DNA of 53,344 bases, counting the filler, from Squatina squatina (taxonomy: Eukaryota): NCBI GenBank assembly GCA_031763465.1. It is 3 parts of 3 records of this genome, joined end to end, with 100 filler letters (N's around TTAATTAATTAA, not from the genome) between each part and the next. Parts side by side here need not be neighbours in the genome. Positions count along the whole stretch, not along the records: positions 39,298 to 53,344 come from JARFOE010000203.1; 2 more parts are not named here. One strand, 5' to 3'. Both the position numbers and the translations under genes were made by a program. Every line of letters starts with the position of its first letter. Within the stretch, counting starts at the first letter, position 1. Shown here one piece after another: positions 49,746 through 53,344 of this stretch. The notes beneath the pieces are model-generated. The model worked only from the letters and a program-made list of their open reading frames with translations. It was not told the DNA's origin and ran no database searches.

Positions 49746-52700
49746 TCTGTACAACACCATGGAAATCTGAAATCTGAAATAAAAACAGAAACAGAAAATG
49801 CTTGGAAAACCTGACTTGCTGAGTTTTCCCAGCATTTTCTGTTTATATACCACTGCACACAGCTGGCAGGACCGCCGTACACCACTGGCTGGACCGCTGT
49901 AGGCTCAGTTACACTAAGCAGACAATGCACGGTGCATGCTCAGCCCAGTTTATGCCAAGTTTGCCAAGGGGGTCCTAAAACAGTTGTTAGGACACTGATT
50001 AGCATATTCAAAGAGCCAATGCTCATTTTAGGCAGGTATCTTGGATACTTTGGCAGTCGCGGCATTCCCAGGGGATGTGGGCTGGTATTGGGTGCAAGAG
50101 ATCACACACGATGACCAATTTCTCTCCCAAGGAGTTATAGAAAAAGTGCAACAAGATCTGAGCTTGTTATAAGTTATGCTGCAGGCGTAATTAACATCTC
50201 ATTACTTTTATTGCAGGGGAAAAATCTCAAGTATGCAAAATCACAGTTTTCAGGAGCGGTGTATTTAGAAATTATTGAAAGGGATATGTGTATTGAAAGC
50301 ATGGGATTTATATTCTGGTGGGGTCTGGGTGTATATCTGCCCATAACAAAAAATGTGATTTTTGACACATTATTTGGTGCTTGTGTTTTGGAGGCTACTT
50401 TATTCCTAAATTCAAGCCAAACAAATTCCTGGAAGAATTAGATTGGATATTTTAGATAGGAAAATAGTAGTTGTAGCAATTTAAATACAACTTTACGGGG
50501 TATAATTCCTCTATTGCATTTATTAATTTGTGGACTCAAACCCATTACAACATACATCATCAAAATCCAACCAGCAGTGCATTCTATATTCACAAGACAA
50601 AATAGGCTCATTATCACATCTTTCCCTGTCCCAGGTCTCCATGGCAGCCCAGAGGCAGGCAGGGGATGACCTGGACTGAGAGTATGCTGATCTATCTAGA
50701 CAATTGCTTTTTTTAATAATTCAGAAGTGAGTGTATATCATGGAGACAAAATCTTAAATTTGAGTTCTGATTAAAAAGTACACCCAAATATTAACTTGCC
50801 CTTTTCTCTTTTAGATGCTGATCAACTTGCAGTGCAGTTCAAATATTTTCAATTTGTAAAATCTTAAAACACACTAAGCTAGAAATGACTGTTGACAGCG
50901 ATTGTGGATGAATTACCCTGAGTAATCCCATACCCTGTGTACTGCAGGTTAACAAAGGGACGTCCACCACGAGTGAGTAAAGACATTGAAAAGGGCTTTC
51001 AAAATTACAGGTCATTCCCAGGTGCTGGACTCACTCACAAGCAGGCTAATGGTCTACATCACAACCATTGTCGTCTACTGTGGTAAAATCCTCAATGTGG
51101 AATCTCCGTGTAATATTTTAAACTAAGTGGGGCACATCCCCACTCCAAACCTTGGAAATTCCACAGACACTGACACAAATAAAGCCAGTTAATACATTTA
51201 CACCAGGGAACATCCTCTTTACCTAATAAAATCCCAGCTGCAACCAGCCATGAAGAAAATAAATCTTCAGATAATACAACAGCAAGTTAAGTCCCAGAAA
51301 GTCCCTTTGAGGATTTTTTTTAAAAGCTGCATTTTTATAGTTTATTTATTGTAAATAAATTCTTTGGAGACAAACACTGATTAAACACGCTCTAACTGAA
51401 ACTCTCGGACACCATTAGCTTGTCATAAAACTTTTCTGTCTCAAGTTCATATGCAACCAGAAAGTAATATGTAGTTAGTTCTGACAGGCTCCAGTCGCAC
51501 CCTCCAACCTATTTGGTTCTGACAGCATCCTGTCCTGCCTTACAACTGATTTGATTGGTTGACACTGAGAATCTCTGAACATAAGTCAATAAAGCTGACT
51601 TTTCTTATGAAACGCTAATTAACTGTTACATGGGTTCAACACTGTAAGTTTAAAACAAGGACCATTGACATCTATAGAGCATTGAGATATATCTCATTGT
51701 AAGGGGACACCCAGGATCTGTTCTTTCCTCAACTTCCATTACATTCTAATGGATCGCAATTTTAAAGTACAGTTTTATGTTTTATTTGCCTGATTTTCTG
51801 TTGATCCAACAACATTTGTTGTCACAAGACACAGTGCAATGCTCATTCTCCTAGCACTGACTTTCTTCACAATGATCACACATGCGAATACAGACAAAAA
51901 AAAGACAGATAACTAAATTAGTCTGTCGTGCGACCTGTTGTTAAGCTAATAATGACACTTAATTCGTTTTGAACTTGTCTATTACACTTGTGCCTTAAGG
52001 AAATCAGTGGAAGTACGTTCTAAACCTTTTAGGGACATTGTGATCTTTTCCTGGCTCATGTTAGTTTGGGTTTGAGTTATATTAATCGGTCCTGATGTTT
52101 TGTTCAGATCATTATTAATATTCAAGTATCAAATTGACCTGTATTGGGTCGACTGTCCCCATGGGGTTTTGAGCCCATTTCTTAAAAGTGTTCTCATTCC
52201 ATTTTCTTGCACATCTATTTGTTAATTTTATCTGTGCTTAAAAAGTTTTGGTATTAACATGTAAAGTGGAAGGGGAGATCACATTGCTAGGCCTCTCAAA
52301 GGACAATCCAGTCTCATTGGAGACAGAGTGGCTCTTTAGTCACATTCTAATACTCACTCTTGCATCCAAGGGACAATCTGGACCTTAAAGGACTTTAGTT
52401 CTAATGACAGCTATGAACCCAGAATGTAGTCAGTTATCGATACTGATTGACCTCTTGTGTGTCTCCAACTTTATCTATTTTTGTTTCAGGTTAACAGTAT
52501 TTGCAGTACTTTGCTCTTTGAGTAGTTTTGATATTTTATCAACTAATTCAGTGAATTATGCAATGGAATAGGGCAGTTTATTGGCCATTCATTCTTGAAG
52601 ATTGAACAATTTTTGACAAATACTGAAAACTGGTCATTAACAGTTTTAGAAAAAATACTACTGTGCTTTCAGGAAATCAACAGTAATCACTAAACTAATC

Positions 52701-53344
52701 ATCAGATCATTAGTGACCTGGTGGACTTTATTTATCAGCATCTGGGACTTCATGGATGTGTGCCAGGGTAATTTCAAGATATTGTAAGATTTGATGATTA
52801 ATCTTTTGTTGACACAATATTGACTACATGTAAATATACTCTCACATTGATTTTAATTTTAACTTAGCAAGTAAGGAAACTGCCAAGACTTCATGCAAAT
52901 GGGATCAACGGAAGGCTCGGAATGAACAAAGTGTGTTGAGTGAATGAGAAATATTGTTGAAAATAATAGCATTGAAATAGTTAATTTTGCTGTCAGTAAT
53001 TTCTTGAAAAGCAACAGGCTGAAGATATCAATTACAAAAAAAATCATGTGTTTTCCTGTATTTTCCTATAGGTAGTGATAGCAGCCAGTGGGAACTGAGA
53101 CCATTAACTTGCATCAGTGAGATCCCCCATTTTGGAACCTGATAAGCATTGCAGCCTGCAAACACTCATTTACTTTAAAGATTATTCAGGCTAATGACCT
53201 CTTTGGAAGCTCAGGTATCCTCCCGAGAGCTCTGTTTACAAATCCACCCACTCTTCAATATTTTTATAGCAGCACTGATTTTTGTCAAACAGAAAGTTTA
53301 GTGGGAAACCTGATTCCTAGATGCAAATCTTAATATGAACCTGC

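Noticed and set aside
50948-51086. Possible plus-strand exon (LTKGRPPR...) and upstream SYF2 exons in 48000-53344
   Set aside because: No recognisable homology; no further SYF2 coding found by eye.

Overview
AT-rich vertebrate genomic scaffold. Its repeats (abundant CR1/HER1-type LINEs, Deu-domain SINE, tRNA-SINEs, L2, Harbinger-like MITEs) point to a cartilaginous fish (shark/ray; inference). It is a heavily gapped draft: many fixed 100-N gaps and two artificial N44-TTAATTAATTAA-N44 linkers. It holds isolated GT-AG exons rather than complete genes: six PLEKHA5 exons (-; 2948-18677), one PI-PLC X-domain exon that is probably PLCZ1 by divergent synteny with PLEKHA5 (+; 20574-20718), a GABBR2 exon (-; 40408-40578), two RSRP1 exons (+; 40942-41105, 45147-45242), two SYF2 exons (-; 47827-47925, 45526-45627) and a stray AKAP9 exon (-; 46324-46438) that looks like a mis-join. 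Two minisatellites (18-bp and 27-bp units) produce most of the long ORFs in the track. I found no convincing novel multi-gene system. The most interesting lead is a candidate PLC-zeta (sperm egg-activation factor) exon in a chondrichthyan. All gene identities come from recalled similarity to human proteins plus splice-site and phase logic, not from a database search.
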